From Paraspadella gotoi (lineage: Eukaryota > Animalia > Chaetognatha), in contig CM119268.1 in NCBI GenBank assembly GCA_051294375.1, forward strand, positions 5,631,221-5,695,220: a stretch of 64,000 bases of DNA. Direction: 5' to 3'. A program made the translations under genes and the position numbers. Under the pieces are notes generated by a model. It did not search any database. It was not told the origin of the DNA and saw only the letters and a program-made list of their open reading frames with translations. Shown here in pieces: positions 39,016-54,928 of the stretch (positions within the stretch are counted from its first letter, which is position 1; each line of letters begins with the position of its first letter).

Positions 39016-42000
39016 AGGAGAGAGAGAGAGAAAGAGAGAAAGAACATATAAAGAACACAGAGAGAAGACACACAGAGAGAGGAGAGAGAGAGAGAGAGAG
39101 AGAGACACCAGAGAGAGCAAGGAAGAGAGAGAGAGGAGTTAGAGAGAGAGAGAGAGAGATGAATAAATTGATTAACAAACAATGTATTAGGAATACAAAT
39201 ACTAAGACAAATAGACAAAGACAAAACTCAATGAAAACCCATGCATATATAAAACAGTCGGAGTTTTTGTTATAAACTGAAAACGATAAAACACACAACA
39301 GGGAATCTCTTGAGAAAAACCAAGGAAATAATATCGAAAGAAAACCAAAAAAAAAAAAAATCCAAATTCCCAAAATCCGCTTCTTTTTTCTGCTTTGGGT
39401 GTTGACAAAATTTTTTTTCCATTTTTGATCTTTTTCTTCAATTTCCTTTTTTGCTTTAATTTCGGCTCTAAATTTGTCTGCCTCTCATCGTCATCGTCGT
39501 TGTCGTCGTCGTCATAACGTCGTTGTCGTTTATTGTCGCACATTTTCATAGAAACAAATTTGTCTGATTCGTTCGGTTGCGTAATCTCGTCCGTCGTCGT
39601 CTTCGTCATCGTCTATCTTAGGGATTTGGGATTGTGGCGCGATTGACCTTTTTCCCGTCGTCGTCGGTTCCGTCCCAGTCGTCGTCGTCGTCGTCGTCGT
39701 CGTCGATCTCTTCTGGTCTTGAATTATCTTCATCGTCAAACAAAATTTTTTTTCGTCCCACAAAATATTTTTTCTTCTTATTCTGTCGTCGTCGTCACAT
39801 CATCTACATCGTTCAGCATCATCACAATGCATCATCATCATCATCAGTGTCATCCAGCGTCATCTCTTGTCATCACACGTCATACCATATCTTTATCCTC
39901 TCGTCAATGACGTTTTAATTTCTACAGAAAATTATCATCAACAACATCATTGTTGTCATCATTATCTATTCGCTAAATGTTTTAGGTTCATTATCTATTA
40001 CCAGTCATCAATTTCGGTCATTCAATTGATGTCATCCATCGATCGTTGCAAGCGTCATCGGTCGTTATTATCATCATCGTCGTCTGTCATGCGTTTCTCC
40101 TCACTGTCATACTCTTCATCCATCGTCGTTTCGTCCATTTTTTCTTTCCAAAATTCGACACACGCTCTTACTGGTTTATACGCTTCGTTTGGTGCGATCA
40201 AGAAAGAATGTGGAGCTCAAAAAGTTCATAGATTGAGGGCATAAAAGCAAGAGACGTTTGTGTCATTAACATTGTTCTAATTCCAATCCTATATCTTCAA
40301 AATTCCAGTTCACTACATTCATCGATTCTCATAATCTACCCATCATGCATTTTTATCAAGTTATATCAATTAATCGTAATCATAATAATTAAAAATGCGC
40401 TCATTTTTTGTTGTAATTTAAATTTTTATCCTCTCTTCCCTCCTTTTCGTTGAATTATCGTGATCAGTGACGGAAAGAAAACCTACAAAACATCCCTTCG
40501 GATCAAATTAACTAATTTATTATTCTAAAATTATATATGAAATTGGTACACAAACCAATATAAAAATTATCCATTCATTAATATAAGTCTATCCTTGTCC
40601 CTGATTTCGGACAGCTTTGGTGGTTTTCAGGCCTTCCATCACACTACTTACAAGGATAATAAGCAAAGCAGGTTTCGCAAGCTTCTCAAATCAAAGACTC
40701 ATCTCATTGACCCAGTCTTAATTATGATCACTCCCAGTGAACTTGCTGTCTCCATACTCCGCATGAAAGTGTAGTATATCACAACTCAGGATATTACAAA
40801 GAAGTATTTCTTTATTTATTGTAATTAACCACAATAAAACAGCGAAACAATACGCGCGAGAAATTAACGCCGGACGGCATCTTGGAGGGGCTTTCCTTAA
40901 CATTAACCTCATTGCGGTGCCGGAGCCGAGCTGGTCTTAATTACCACCGCAGCTAATTCACCAGCATTAGCGAGGTCAGCTAGGTAAGGAACTAAGGACA
41001 ACATCGCAGAGACCAGGTTTCCGATTCTGGAAGGTTAAGTTTCTCTTTTTATCTAGAGAGCTTTCTGCCCCACCAAATTTGGTTTGACTTGGATCACCTT
41101 ATCAAGCCTTTGGACTCCAATTAGTTTGGAACAATGAAAGGACCGTGTTTTTCGAAATGTTTGGCTTATTGTTAGTCAGTTCGCCGGCATTCCAAGTCGA
41201 TCAGTTTTACATGTTTCAACGAGAGAATTTTTACTTTTAAAAACATTTAGGCGATTAGTTGGTATAAAACGAAGATGTAAATGAGATACGAGAAATAAAT
41301 GGTAATTTGTAATTGTTTCATGTTTTACTTCTTTATTTTTTCTTAACATTTAGATTCGAGAACCTATAATTAAGGGGTGGCCTATCACAAGAATTTCAAT
41401 TTAGCATTATTCAATAATAAGTAGAAATTACTGTACGTCCTAATTATTACGCCGACAATGAAATAATTATAATATAATATTAATATTTTTCTCTTTCACT
41501 TGCTTTTTCATCTCTTTATTCTCTTCTTTCTTCTACCTTTTTCCTTTAACTTTTTACTTCCTCTCACCTTCCTCGTAAAATCTTCTTGCTTCCTTCCCTC
41601 ATCTCCTTCCCAACCTTTTCGCACAACCTTTTCTGAATTCGTCGAAGTATTCGAATTTTTGGCGCCAACTCGAGAAAGTGCACCTAACGCCTTTCGCAGT
41701 TTCGGCATCTGGGCGGGGCACGCTCCTTACTTGCCGTTACGCCCTGGTTGCACCTGAAAATCTCACTATCCTTTGTTTGTAATGATTCAGGACCTTTTAA
41801 ATATTGCTTCCTTATTATTTTTATATTTTATTATTATTATTATATGTTATATTATCTATTATTATTATTATTATTATTATATTATTATTATTATTATTAT
41901 TATTGATTATTAATTATTAATTATTATTATATTATTATCTAATTTAAAGCCTTGAGGTCATTTTTTCATCGATCGGTCCGACCGACTGACCGACAAACGT

Positions 42001-43121
42001 GTAGGTTGCGAAGAGAAGAAAATAGAAAAAGAAAACCAAAAGCCGCAACGAAGATCGATCGAACGACGAACGTAAAACGATACGAAACGTAACGACGCGA
42101 CCGACCCGACGACGACCGAAACGAACGACGAACGAACGAAACGAACGACGAACGACGAACGACGAGAACGAATCAACGAAGAACGTAACCGATGCACATC
42201 TCGTCACACACCCATACATTTTCTCGTGGTTTCTGGTATACTTTCAGCTTCACAAAAACAAAACATTTTTTTTTTCTTTCCGACAGTTTCACAGAGGCGG
42301 GACATAAGAAACCAATCGGTATAAAAAACAATATAAAAAAAAACACTTAATAACTAAAAACAATAAAATGAATAATCTGAAAAAGTATAAGCGAAGCATC
42401 TCGCATACTTAACAAAGTTTAGTTAGAAGAGAAAATAGTTTGCTTAAAAAAAGAAAACAGAACAAAGAATTAAAAAAACAAAAACAGAAAACTTTTTTTA
42501 AAATTTGCCGGAAATTTGAAAAAAGGTGAGTTGGTTTTTTTTCTTTAAAACGCGTTTATTTTTTTTTCTGTTTTTCTTTTTTTTCCGTTTTTTTCTATTT
42601 TTTATTATCGCGAGTATAAATAAACCTAAGGAAACACATTTTTCATTTCTTTTAAACGATACGCGTGACGACGACGCAGAACGACGCCAACGAACGATAA
42701 AGAAAGATGATATGGTTATAGATGGTGATCATGATGATGATGAAGGCAATGACGAATGATAGGCAAGATTGATGAACCTGCTTTATCATTATCGTGATTT
42801 GACGACAATGAAGATGATGATGATAAATACGATATGATTCTTATGTATTATAACGATAATCCAAATGTGAAAAGAATGACGAGTAAGACTTCTTTTCTTT
42901 CTTCCGGATGTCAGAAGTCTGATATTTTCCTTACAGTCACACGTCACTCATCAAAGAATTGTCCCAATTAAAAATTTCCAGCGCTGGGAATCGTAAATCG
43001 AAACTTATTCACGCGGAGTCAACCTATCGCTGAACTCTAATCGCTCACAGTAAGCGAATATAATTAATCCGCATAAAAAATTATCCCTTCCCACCTCTTT
43101 CTGTGTTCAGACTTTTTAAAT
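37559..43121 (-). repeat. Second inverted copy of M plus most of R
   Basis: Same orientation as, and colinear with, 15331-20778; its first ~240 bp are identical to 15331-15570. Confidence 0.97.
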
Positions 43122-43133
43122 ACAGAGAGAGAG

Positions 43134-43175
<42 letters not shown>

Positions 43176-43198
43176 AGAAGAGGAGAGAGAGAGAGAGA

Positions 43199-43232
<34 letters not shown>

Positions 43233-43426
43233 ATTGGAGTGAGAGTGGGCGTGACATCACATTGAAAGTGGGCGTGGCCCCCGTGAAAGTAGGCGTGGTT
43301 CCGTCGTCGCGGAATCCTCGTGAAAACCACCTTTTACGATTCTGTGAGAATTCTCTCGTTTCTTCTTTCTTTCTTGCTTTGCTTGCTGTTCTGCTTTTTT
43401 TCTGCTTGCTTTCTTTCTTTCTTTCT

Positions 43427-43502
<76 letters not shown>

Positions 43503-43589
43503 TTTTTTTTCTTTCTATCTTTCTTTCCTTTCTTCTTTTTTTTTTTCTTTCTATTCCTTTCCATTCTCTTTTCTTCTTTCTTTCTTTCT

Positions 43590-43621
<32 letters not shown>

Positions 43622-46130
43622 TTCTTTCTTCTTTCTTTCTTTCTCTCTGGATTACACCAACTCAAATTCACAAGAGAACTGCAGCTGAAGCGAAACAAAA
43701 AAAAATATCTTCTTTCTATTTCGTGAGAAAATTTGATCTCACAACTCACAGATTTACGTATTCACTAAATTTGACCAAACTATTTATTTTACAAAGTTCT
43801 TAATTCATTTACAACGGAACTAAGTAAGAAATCAGTAGCAGAGGTGGTCGAGATAAAAAAAATTGGAAAGAAATAAGATAAATCAACTTATTTAGAGAAT
43901 ATTAAAAAAATTGTTTAATTTGTAAACATACTAAATGGAATTTCACATTAAGGTAAAGTTTGAACAAATAAAATAAATTAATTTTTTTTTCGAGCATCGT
44001 AAGATGTTAAGAAATTCGATGAGCTGATTTTTATTTTCTTCTAACTTCATGAGACTCAAGATTTCACTCGGTTATTCGTAGCTGTGTCTCTCGTTTTATT
44101 ACATTCGACGCTATTTCGTTCGTTATATTTACAAAAGTTTTTGCTAATTTTATTGTCGCCGCGGTTGTCCTCTCGCTGTTGTCGTTGTTGTCGTTGTTAT
44201 CGTCCTCGTCGTAACTCCCGCTGGTGATGCCCGGTTCTTCTCGATGTCAATGTTGTTTGTTGTCGTTGTTGTTGTTGTTGTTGTGGATATCGTCGCGTCG
44301 GTCCGTCGTCTGTGTTGTTCCCATGTTTTTTTTTTTCGTCTCCACCTTATTCGGTGGGAGTTCCCTCGAGATGAGCAGAAGAATAGCGCGAGGGGAGGAA
44401 GGAAAGAGAAAGAGAAAGTAGGAAAGAAAAAGAGAGGAAAGGAAAGAGAAAGAGGAGGAAAGGAAAGTGAAAGGAAATAGAAAGAGAAAAGAAAGATAAA
44501 ATGGAGAAGAGGAAAAATAAAATCAGAAGGAAAGAGATGAGGAAAAGTGAGAGGCCAACGGAAAGACAGAGAGAAGAGGGAGGAGAATTAGAAAGGTAAG
44601 ATATTAAGATGAACCAAAAGAAAAGAAAAGAAGGAAGACATAAAAAAAAAAGAAAAAATTAGAGATGGAAGATATGAAGATGAACCAAAGGAAGAATAGA
44701 AGGAAAGAGAGAAAAAGAGTAAAAAAGAGAGAAAATAGAAAAAAAAGAGCGAGAAAATATAGGATACTGGAAGAAAGTTAGAATATGAAAATAAATTAGA
44801 GATAAGAAAACGTGAGAAGGAAAAAAGAAAAAAGAAGTAAAAAGTCAAACGAGAATCGTTGTTGTTGTTGTCCTCGTTCTGCCGTCGCCAGAGATACCGA
44901 GGTCTCACTGAAAACCCGTAAGTTTCGCATATGTCGTCGTCTTGTCGAAGAAAAGAAGGTCATAACTTGTCCAGTAGAGTGAAGCACTGGGGAACATACT
45001 TTGTCAGTGTCTAAACTTCAAATTGAGGACTGAGGAGGAAAGAGCTCTTTTAGAATTGTAGGTGGTGAAAGAAGTGATAAAGTAAGTGTGAGATTGGAAG
45101 TGAATGCGGGAGAGATTTCCGAAGATGTGTTCGTAGAAAAGTGTGAAAGTGCGAAAAAGAAGGAGACGAATTGCAATGAGACACTGACGACGACGACGAT
45201 GACTACGACGACGACGGCTCCAATGAAGACATTGAGGACGACGTGTACAACGACGACAATGAGGATGACATTAAAACGACGACGACAATGAGGACGACGA
45301 CTACGAAGACGCAATCGAAATAAATTGGAATCTCATAAACTTTTGAATCGTGAAAAAAAAGGAACAAGTTACATCGACAGCTCGCCGCCCACTTCTCTTC
45401 TGGCCCCGTGTCATAAAACTACTATCATGTTACCAAGATAAGGATCTATAAAATTACAATATCTGTGATTTAGATCAGGAAAGTATATTCTGTTCGTTGA
45501 AATGTATATTTCTTGTTGACATTAGAATTAATTTCCTCATGAGGTTATTTCGAAAAGTTTCTCAGCAGTAGCAAAGTGAAAAATAAACACGAGTTTGAGA
45601 GAGATAAAGTAAATTTGAGAGAAACACAGAGATTAAAAAGCGGAAGAGGTTCAAAATAATAATAATAAAAATAAATATTGGATAAAAATAAGATCTCTCA
45701 GTCTCGTTTTATTCACTCCAGAGTACCTGGCTTCCTATCAATGAGTGGTATAATATTTCAAAGAATGTTTCAATTGTAGAAAAGACACTCCGATATTGTT
45801 CTCCAATCATTGAATCAATATAACCAAATTGAATTTTTTTCCAGACCAATTCCATCCTTTATCCAACCACCGATCTCAAAAAGACCCATTGCAAAATAAA
45901 ATCCTGACCACCATCTGCAACGATCAACGCTGATTCAAAGTCGATAGAACCGGCGAAATCTCGAGAGATGGAATCGAAAATTCTGAAGGAAAGGAAAAAC
46001 GAGAAAGAGATCATTTGTAGATTAAAGGAAAACGATCACGGTTCTTGACGAGACGACGACGATGACGAAGACGACGACGACCGATGCGATTAAGAAGAAG
46101 ATAATGACAAAGACGACTATCATGATGAAA

Positions 46131-46163
<33 letters not shown>

Positions 46164-46281
46164 GTTGTGATTATGAAGAAGATAATGACGAAAGAAGACT
46201 ATGATGATGAGATGACACGATGACGAGACGACGACGACGACGAAAGTTGTGATTATGAAGAACATAATGTCAGAGAAGACT

Positions 46282-46315
<34 letters not shown>

Positions 46316-46545
46316 CGACGACGAAGACGATGAGAATGATGCTAGCGAAGAATATGATCACGACAAAGACTACGACGACGACGACGATGACGAAGACAAA
46401 GAAAGGCGACGCCATGATGAAAAACGACGACGACGATGCAGCAATATCAAACATGAGCAAACTCACAAATTGGTGTCACAAAATTTCTATGATAAAACCT
46501 CATAAATTTCATGAAAAATTTTCTGAATCTGGCCTCTCTGCTCTG

Positions 46546-46618
<73 letters not shown>

Positions 46619-48230
46619 TTTCCTGCTCAAGAGGGCGATTAAAATTCGGGCGGCAGTCTCCGACGCTGTCGACTTAGAGAAGAAGAGAGGAAGAGAAGAA
46701 AAGAAAAGAAAAGAGAGAGGAGAAAAGAAGAAGAGAAAGAGAAAAAAGAAAAAAATAAGAAAAAGGCAAAAGAAAAAAGATAACAGAGAAGAAGAGAAGA
46801 GAAAAAAGTAAGAAAAAGGCAAAAGAAAAGAAGAAGAGAAGAAGAAAAAAGAATAAAAAAAAAAGGCAAAAAGAAAAAGAATAAAAAAAGAAATAAGCAA
46901 AAAGAAAAGAAAAAAGAAAAAAAGAAAGAAGAAGAGAATTAGAAAAAAAAGAAAGGGCAAAATGAAAAGAAGAAAAAAAATAAGCAAAAAGAAAAAAAAA
47001 AAATGAAAAAAAAAAAAAAAAGAGGAAAAAGAAAAATGGAAAAAAAAAGGAGAAGAAAAAAAAAAAAAAAAGAAAAAAAGAAAAAAAAGAGAAAAGAAGA
47101 AAGATGGAAGAATGAAAAGATAAAAAGAAAAAAGGAAAGACTAAAGTATAAAAAAATAAGAATGACTAAAAAAAACTAAGGTGACCATTTTAGCTCATAG
47201 CAAATCAAATAATATTAACAATTGACAAAGCGTTCAACCTACTTATGTCCACAATTCAAATAATTACATAATTTGGAGAATAACAAAATCATTCAATCAA
47301 GACGAAGAAAATCCTAACTCCCCCTGCACCCCCTTCCCTCAAAAATATCTTCCTACTCCCTCTTTCTTTTTTTTTTCTTCCTCCGATTTCATCGCCTACA
47401 TTTTCTGGGTCACTGGGTCCAACAGGATCATAAAATCTGCAATTGCAATCCGGTCGCGGACTTCTCTAGTCACGTGACAACCAAGTTGGCCTTTCGGGAT
47501 TTCTGGCGTCGCGAAGCCACTGATGCGTTTGATTTCGTCCATGAGCGGATTGCGTTGATCTCCGGGGAAAATTGTCGCCGTCGAAGGAGGCAAAAGTCAT
47601 TGGCCACATGGAATAAGTAGCCGTTTCAACTGATTTACTTGCAGTCAAAATAATTCTAAGTAACTCGAGAGTTTTATCCAAAAAGATTTCAAGTTTGCCA
47701 AAGTCGCGTAAAAAAAAAAGAGGCAATGGCATCAATCATTTCATAGATTTCAGGCTTCATTGCTTCCCGTCAATGACTAAATAAAAGAAAAAAAGTGGCA
47801 ACGAGGACGGCCTCCGTCTTTCGGGGATTTCTGGCGACGCCTAGGCCATTGATGGCTTTTCTGGCGTCGATGAAGGGACGGAAACGACAAGAGAAAAAAG
47901 CGTCGAGGCCGTAAAACCGAAGCGAAAGAGACGCAAGGGACTTGGGTTTTTTTTGTTGTGGATGTGGAGGAAAGTCGGCCTTGTCTTTGCCATTTTATTC
48001 TTACGTCGTCGTCGTCGTTTCATGGTCGTTGTTGTTGTCGTATCGTTGTTGTTCATCGTTGTCGTCCTTGGTCGTCATTGTAATTAGCGTCCAACTAAAT
48101 CGATCATATTGTATCAATGTCGTTTTCGAATTTTTGATTTTCCGATGTTTTTTCCGCACGAAATCTTTGTTTTTTAATATCTCTCTCTCTCTCTCCTAAT
48201 CTCTCTCTCTCTCTCTCCTCTCCCTCTCTT

Positions 48231-48272
<42 letters not shown>

Positions 48273-48292
48273 TCTTCTCTCTCTCTCTCTCC

Positions 48293-48323
<31 letters not shown>

Positions 48324-48336
48324 CCCCCTCTTCTCT

Positions 48337-48370
<34 letters not shown>

Positions 48371-49470
48371 ATTTAAAAGTCTGAACAGAAAGAGGTGGAG
48401 GGGATAATTTTTTATGGGATAATTTATGATTCGTACTAGTTGAGCGATAAGTTCAGCGATAGGTTGAAGTGAATAGTTTCGATTTTCGATTCGCGAAATT
48501 TTTGAATTGGAAATCCTTTGATGAGTTCGACGGAAGAAAATATCATGACTTCGACTCCGGAGAAAGAAAGAATCTTACTCGTCATTTCTTTTCAACATTG
48601 GATTATCGTTATATCATAAGAATCATCATCGTATTTATCATCATCATCATCATTGTCGTCATAATCACCATAAACGTCATCATCTTTCATCATCGTCATT
48701 GCCTCATCATCATCATCATCACCATCATAACCATCATCATCTTCTTTATCGTCGTCGTCGTCGTCGTCTCACCGTATCGTTAAAAAAAAGGAAATGTGTT
48801 TCTGAGGTTTATTGTATACTCGCGAAGAAAAAATAGAAAAAAAACGGGAAAAAAAAGAAAAAACAGAAAAAAAAACGTTTTAAAAGAAAAAAAAACCAAC
48901 TCACCTTTTTTCAAATTTCCGGCAAACTTTTAAAAATTTTTTTTTCTGTTTTTGTTTTTTTTAATTTTTGTTCGTTTCTTTTTTAAGCCAAACTTTTTCT
49001 TCTTCTAACGTAACTTTTGTTAAGATGAAGATCTTCGCTTTATATTTCATGATTATTCATTTATTGTTTTTTTAGTTATTAAGTTGTTTTTTTTTATATT
49101 TTTGTTTTCTTATCCATTCGGTTTTTTCTTATGTCTAGCCTCCGTGGACTGTCGGAAGAAAAAAAAAATGTTTTTGTTTGTGAACGAAATATACAGAAAT
49201 CACGAGAAATGTATTGGGGTGTGTGACGAGATTTCGTTCGTTCGTTCGTTCGTTCGTTCGTTCGTTCGTTCGTTCGTTCGTTTCGTTCGTCGTTCGTTCG
49301 TTCGTTCGTTCGGTCGTTCGTCGGTCGGTCGTCGTTCGTTCGTTCGTTCGTTCGTTCGTTCGATCGATCTATCGTTCGCTTGTTGGTTTTCTTTTTCTGT
49401 TTCTTCCTTCCAACCTACGTTTGGTCGGTCAGTCGTCGGCCGATCGATGGAAAAATGACCTCAGGCTTTA

Positions 49471-49501
<31 letters not shown>

Positions 49502-49504
49502 TAT

Positions 49505-49554
<50 letters not shown>

Positions 49555-52173
49555 TAATAATAACATTAATAATAATAATAATAATAATAAAATAATAATG
49601 AAGCAATAATAAAAGTCTGAATCATTACAACAAAGGATATTTGAGATTTTCAGGTTGCAACCAGGCGTACGGCAGTGGAGGTGCCACGCAGATGCCGAAA
49701 CTCGCGAGGCGTTAGGTGCACTTTCGAGTTGGCGCCAAAATTCGAAACTCGGACGTCAGAAAAAGGTGGCGAAAATAGGGGGAGGAGATGAGGGAAGAAG
49801 AAGAAGATACGAGGACGGAGAGGAAGAAAGTAAAGGAAAAAAGGTAGAAGAAAAGAGAAAAAGGAGAAAAAAGCAAGTGAAAGAGAAAAATATAATTATA
49901 TATTATAATTAGTTTCATTGTTCGCGTAAAATTAGGCGTAAGTAATTCTATTATTATTGATAATGCTAAATTGAAATTCTGCTGATAGGCCACCCTAATT
50001 ATAGAGTGAATCTAAATTAAGAAAAATAAAAAGTAAAACATGAACAATTACAAAATAACCATTTAATTCTCTATTCTCATTTACATCTTGTCGTATACCA
50101 ACTAATCCTAAATTTTTTATAAAAGTTAAAAATCTCTCGTTGAAACATGTAAACTGATCGATTGAATGCCGGCGAACTGACTTAACATAAGCAAACATTT
50201 CTCGAAACACGGCTCTTTATGTCCAAACTAATTGGACCAAAGGCTGATAAGTATCCAAGTCAACCAAAATTTTGGTGGGGCAGAAAGCTCTCTAGATAAA
50301 AAAGAAACTGTAACCTTCCAGAATCGGAAACCTGTGTCTCTGCGATGTTGCTCCTTAGTTCCTTACCTAGCTGACCTCCTGCTGGGTTGAATAGCTGGGT
50401 AATAAGACCAGCTCGCTCTCGCCCGAATAGGTCAATGTAAGGAAAGCCCCCTCAGAGATGCCGCGTTAATCTCTGCGCGATTGTTTTCCCTTTTTATTGT
50501 TAATTACAATAAATAAAATAATATTCTTTGAAATATTATACCACTCATTGATAGGGAAGCAGGTTCACTGGGAGTGAATAATAAGACTGTGAGAGAGTCT
50601 TGATTGAAAGCTTGCAGAAACCTGCTTTGTTATTATCTTGTAAGTGTGATGGAGGCCTAAAACCACCAAAGCCTGTCCAAAGTCAGGGACAAGATAGCTA
50701 TTTATTAATGATGGATAATTTTTATATTGGTTGTACCAATTTCATAATAATTTAATTATAAATTAGTTAATTTGATCCGAAATGTTTGTTTTTAGGTCTT
50801 TTCGTCACTGGATCACGAGCTTAATTCAACGAAAAAGGAGGAAGAAGAGGATAAAATTTAAATTACAACAAAAAATTGAGGCATTTTAATTATTATGATT
50901 ACAGAATAACTGATATAATGATAAAGATGATGGATGTAGATTATGATATCGATGATGATTGATGATGTATGATGTTTAATGACACAAATCGTCTCTGTTT
51001 TATGCCCTCATCTATGAACTTTTGAGCCTCCACATTCTTCTTGATCAAACGAAAGCGATAATACCAGGAAACCAGTGTCCGATTTTTTGTAAAAGAAAAA
51101 TGACGACGACGATGATGAGGCATGACAGGTGCAGGAGAAAGATGACAGCCGACGATGATGTAATAACGACGATTGACGGCTGACGACGAGGATGACATCA
51201 ATTATGACACGAATGCAATTGAACAGTGGTATAGATTGAACCTTAAAACATTAGGAAAGATAATGATGACAACAATGATGTTGTTGATGATAATTTTTGT
51301 TAGAAATAAAACGTCATTGACGAGATTAAGATATGGATGATGACAAAGATGATGACGCTGATGACACTGATGATGATGATAGATGATGATGATGGATGCT
51401 GACGATTGATGTGATGATGATGACTGACGACGACAGAAATAAAGAAGAAAAAAATATTTTGTGGCGAAAAAAATATCGTTGTTTTGGCGATGAAGATAAT
51501 TTCACAGAACAGGAGACGTAGACGACGACGACACGACGACGACGACGACGACGACGCACGACGACGGAGGAAAAAGTCAATGCCGCCATCATGCCCAAAA
51601 ACCCTTAGTAGACGATGACGAAGACGACGACGACGGAAGATGACGGACGAACGAATCAACAAATATGTTTCTATTGAAAAATGCTGCGACAATAACCCGC
51701 AACGGACGGTTATGACGCACGCAACGACGATACGATGGAGGCAGACCAAATTTTAGAGCCGAAATTAAAGCAAAAAAGAAATTGAAGAAAAGATCAAAAA
51801 ATGGAAAAAAAATTTTGTCAACACCAAAGGCAGAAAAGAAGCGGATTTTGGAATTTCGATTTTTTTTTTTTTTTGGTTTTGTCTTTTACGATATTATTTC
51901 CTTGGTGTTTTTCTCAAGAGATTCGCCCTTGATTTGTCTGTTTATCCGTTTTCAGGTTTATAAAACAATAAACTCCGACATGTTATATATGCATGGGTTT
52001 CATTTTGAGTTTGTCTTTGTCATATTTGTCTTTAGTATTTGTATCCTAATACATTGTTTTTATAATCAATTTATTCTCTCTCTCTCTCCTCTCTCTTCTC
52101 ATCTCTCTCTCTCTCTCCTCTCTCTGTGTCTCTCTTCTCTCTCTCTCTCCTCTCTCTCTGTGTAAGTCTTTCT

Positions 52174-52211
<38 letters not shown>

Positions 52212-52271
52212 CTCCTACTCTTCTCTCTCTCTCTCTCTCTGTGTCTCTCTCTCTCTCTCTCTCTTCCCTCT

Positions 52272-52311
<40 letters not shown>

Positions 52312-52605
52312 TCCCCAAAGAAAAAGTCATGAGGCCGATTAAGGCGATTCAAACCAAAACAAAGCGAAAACGAAGGGAAAATTCGAAGCCGATTCCGGGC
52401 ACCAGATAGAGAAAGAGGGAGAGGGGAGGAGAGAGAGAGAGAGAAGAGAGAGAGGAGAGACAGAGAGAGTGGAGAGAGAGAGAGAGAGAGGAGTTGGGAG
52501 AAAAAAAGGAAAGGGGAGAGGGCGACGAAGGAGTTAAATCAATGTCACCCACGCTGACCGTTTGTGCAGAAGAGCGCGGGGAGTAAAGTAGTTCATCTGA
52601 GTGAG

Positions 52606-52655
<50 letters not shown>

Positions 52656-54742
52656 AGCAGAGAGAGAGAAAGAGAGAGAGAGAGAGTTTGGTCGCGACTT
52701 CATGCCTCTAATGGAGACAGAAGCGTTAGACTAACTTTTGTGGACCGAGAAGGAGAAAATAGAAAAAAAGACCGCGAAAAGGGTAGTTCATTTACGGTAT
52801 TTTTATGACATATTGGTAGATAAACACCTAGTAAAAACTATTGAATTCCTATTTCTTAAGTTTTGAGTTTTTTTCTTAAAATCAATGCTTAAGAGAGTGT
52901 TTACAAACTTTGTTTCGTGTTACAAGAGCTCTAAAAAAATAAAATTGTTTGAAATTTTTATTTTTTAAATCTCAAATTTGTTTAATGAACAAATGAAAAG
53001 AAAATTAAAAAAAACAAAATGACACTTGGTCATGACAACACTAATCGTATAAACGATTTGATAGAAATTTGCATCTGATTCTTATTACTATTTTTTTTTT
53101 TAAATTTGACGGACTTGGTTTAAATAACGAAGCTAGTATCCTGGCTTTTAACATTTTTAATTCGGATTTCATTGGGCGATGCATTTAACGAAGGGAAAGA
53201 TTGATTGTAGCGAAGGAATAAATAGAAATTGGAATTTATCTCTTGGGAATTGATTCAGTCGCGATTGGTTGAGGTTGATGGATTAGAAAAAGCCCGGTTT
53301 CGTGCGGACTTCGATTAGAGATTGACCATAGATTTAACGAAGTTCCGATTTTTAGACTGCCCATCGAATTTAACCGAAGTATATTTAGTGCCACTCATTT
53401 AAGCGAAGTTCGATCAAAGGGTAGGGACGGAAGGAAGAGAGATAGAAGAGAGAGAAGAGAGACGAGCAGCATCTGAGAGAGAGAGGATGAAGAGAGAGAG
53501 AGAGGAGAGAGAGAAGAGGAGAGAGAGAGAGAGATCAATTCTCATTCGGCGATCTATTTTACGTAACACATATAATAAAAATATTCTGTCTCCGACAAAC
53601 AATCTATTCGAAGCCGCAGAATCGCGATTAACCCAGGAAGTTCGAGAATCTTCGCGCGAAGCAGGAAAAGAGCGCGGGCAAGTAGGCAGTTTTTCCTCCG
53701 TTTTCGCGTACTCTCTTCTCTCTCGTCAGTGCTGCTTCTCTCTCTTCTCTCTCTCTCTCTCTCTCTCTTCTCATCTCTCCTCTCTCTCGGTCTCTCTCTC
53801 TTGCCGGTTCTCGCGCGCCGACCGAAGGCGCGCGCGGCTAGGCAAAAGAAATAGAACGACGTAACTATATCGGTTCCAAAGGCAGGGAAAGAAATCGATG
53901 AGAAGTAGAGTGTAACATTGTCTGTCAATTTTTTACTCACTTGATTGTTTTGGTATATAGACTATAAATGGACTATTAGTTATCTGGATAACCTCGAGCT
54001 TTTAAGAAATTTGAAGTCTCTGCACTCAGCCCTTGTTGTTTTAATTTGTTTGTTTCAACCTCTGTCCGTTCCTCCGCGTCCGTCGTTTTTCAGTCCGTTT
54101 GTCCGTCTGTTCGAATATTAACACGATTCTGCACTTGAACTAAAATAAGATCTACTCTTAATGTAAATTGTTGTCGTCGTCGCGTCGTCGCCCGTGCGCC
54201 GTCGCCCTCTTCCACTCATTGGCCTCATCAGGTCATCGACAGAGTCTCCTCTGGCCCAAAATTCTTTACTCCAAATTTCAACCCAGGACCTTTTTGTCCA
54301 ACTTCTCCCTTGACCCGCCAGAACCCACGTTGCGCCGGGATGTCACTCCCCAAAGATCTCCCTTCGCACCGTCCAACTGGATTCTTTAAAATACTACATC
54401 GGAAAGGAGAGTACAAGCTGCCAACGAAAAAACTCTCTCCACTGTTAAAGATTTTGGTAAAGATTTTTTAAAGATTTTTTAGAGATTAAAGATTAAAGAT
54501 AAAGATTAAAGATTAAAGATTAAAGATTTTTTAAGATTTAAAAGCTTTGTGTAACATCTATCCAATTTTGAAAGTTTCTATGTCTTTTGACTTTTTTCGG
54601 TCTCTCTTTCGCTTTTTATCGAGCCTTGACGGCGAAGCCGGGTCAGGCTCTATAATGTTTTAGGGTTGCTTCTTTGTCGTCGGTCGTCCGCTCGTCGTCG
54701 TCGTCTTTCGTCGTCGTCGCTGTCGTCGTCGTCGTTCGGTCA

Positions 54743-54773
<31 letters not shown>

Positions 54774-54872
54774 GTTCGTCGTCGTCGTCGTTTCGTCGTC
54801 AGTCGCGTCGTCATCGTCGTCGTCGTCGTTCGTCGTTCGTCGTTGCGTCGTTCGTCGCTCGTCGTTCGTCGT

Positions 54873-54928
<56 letters not shown>
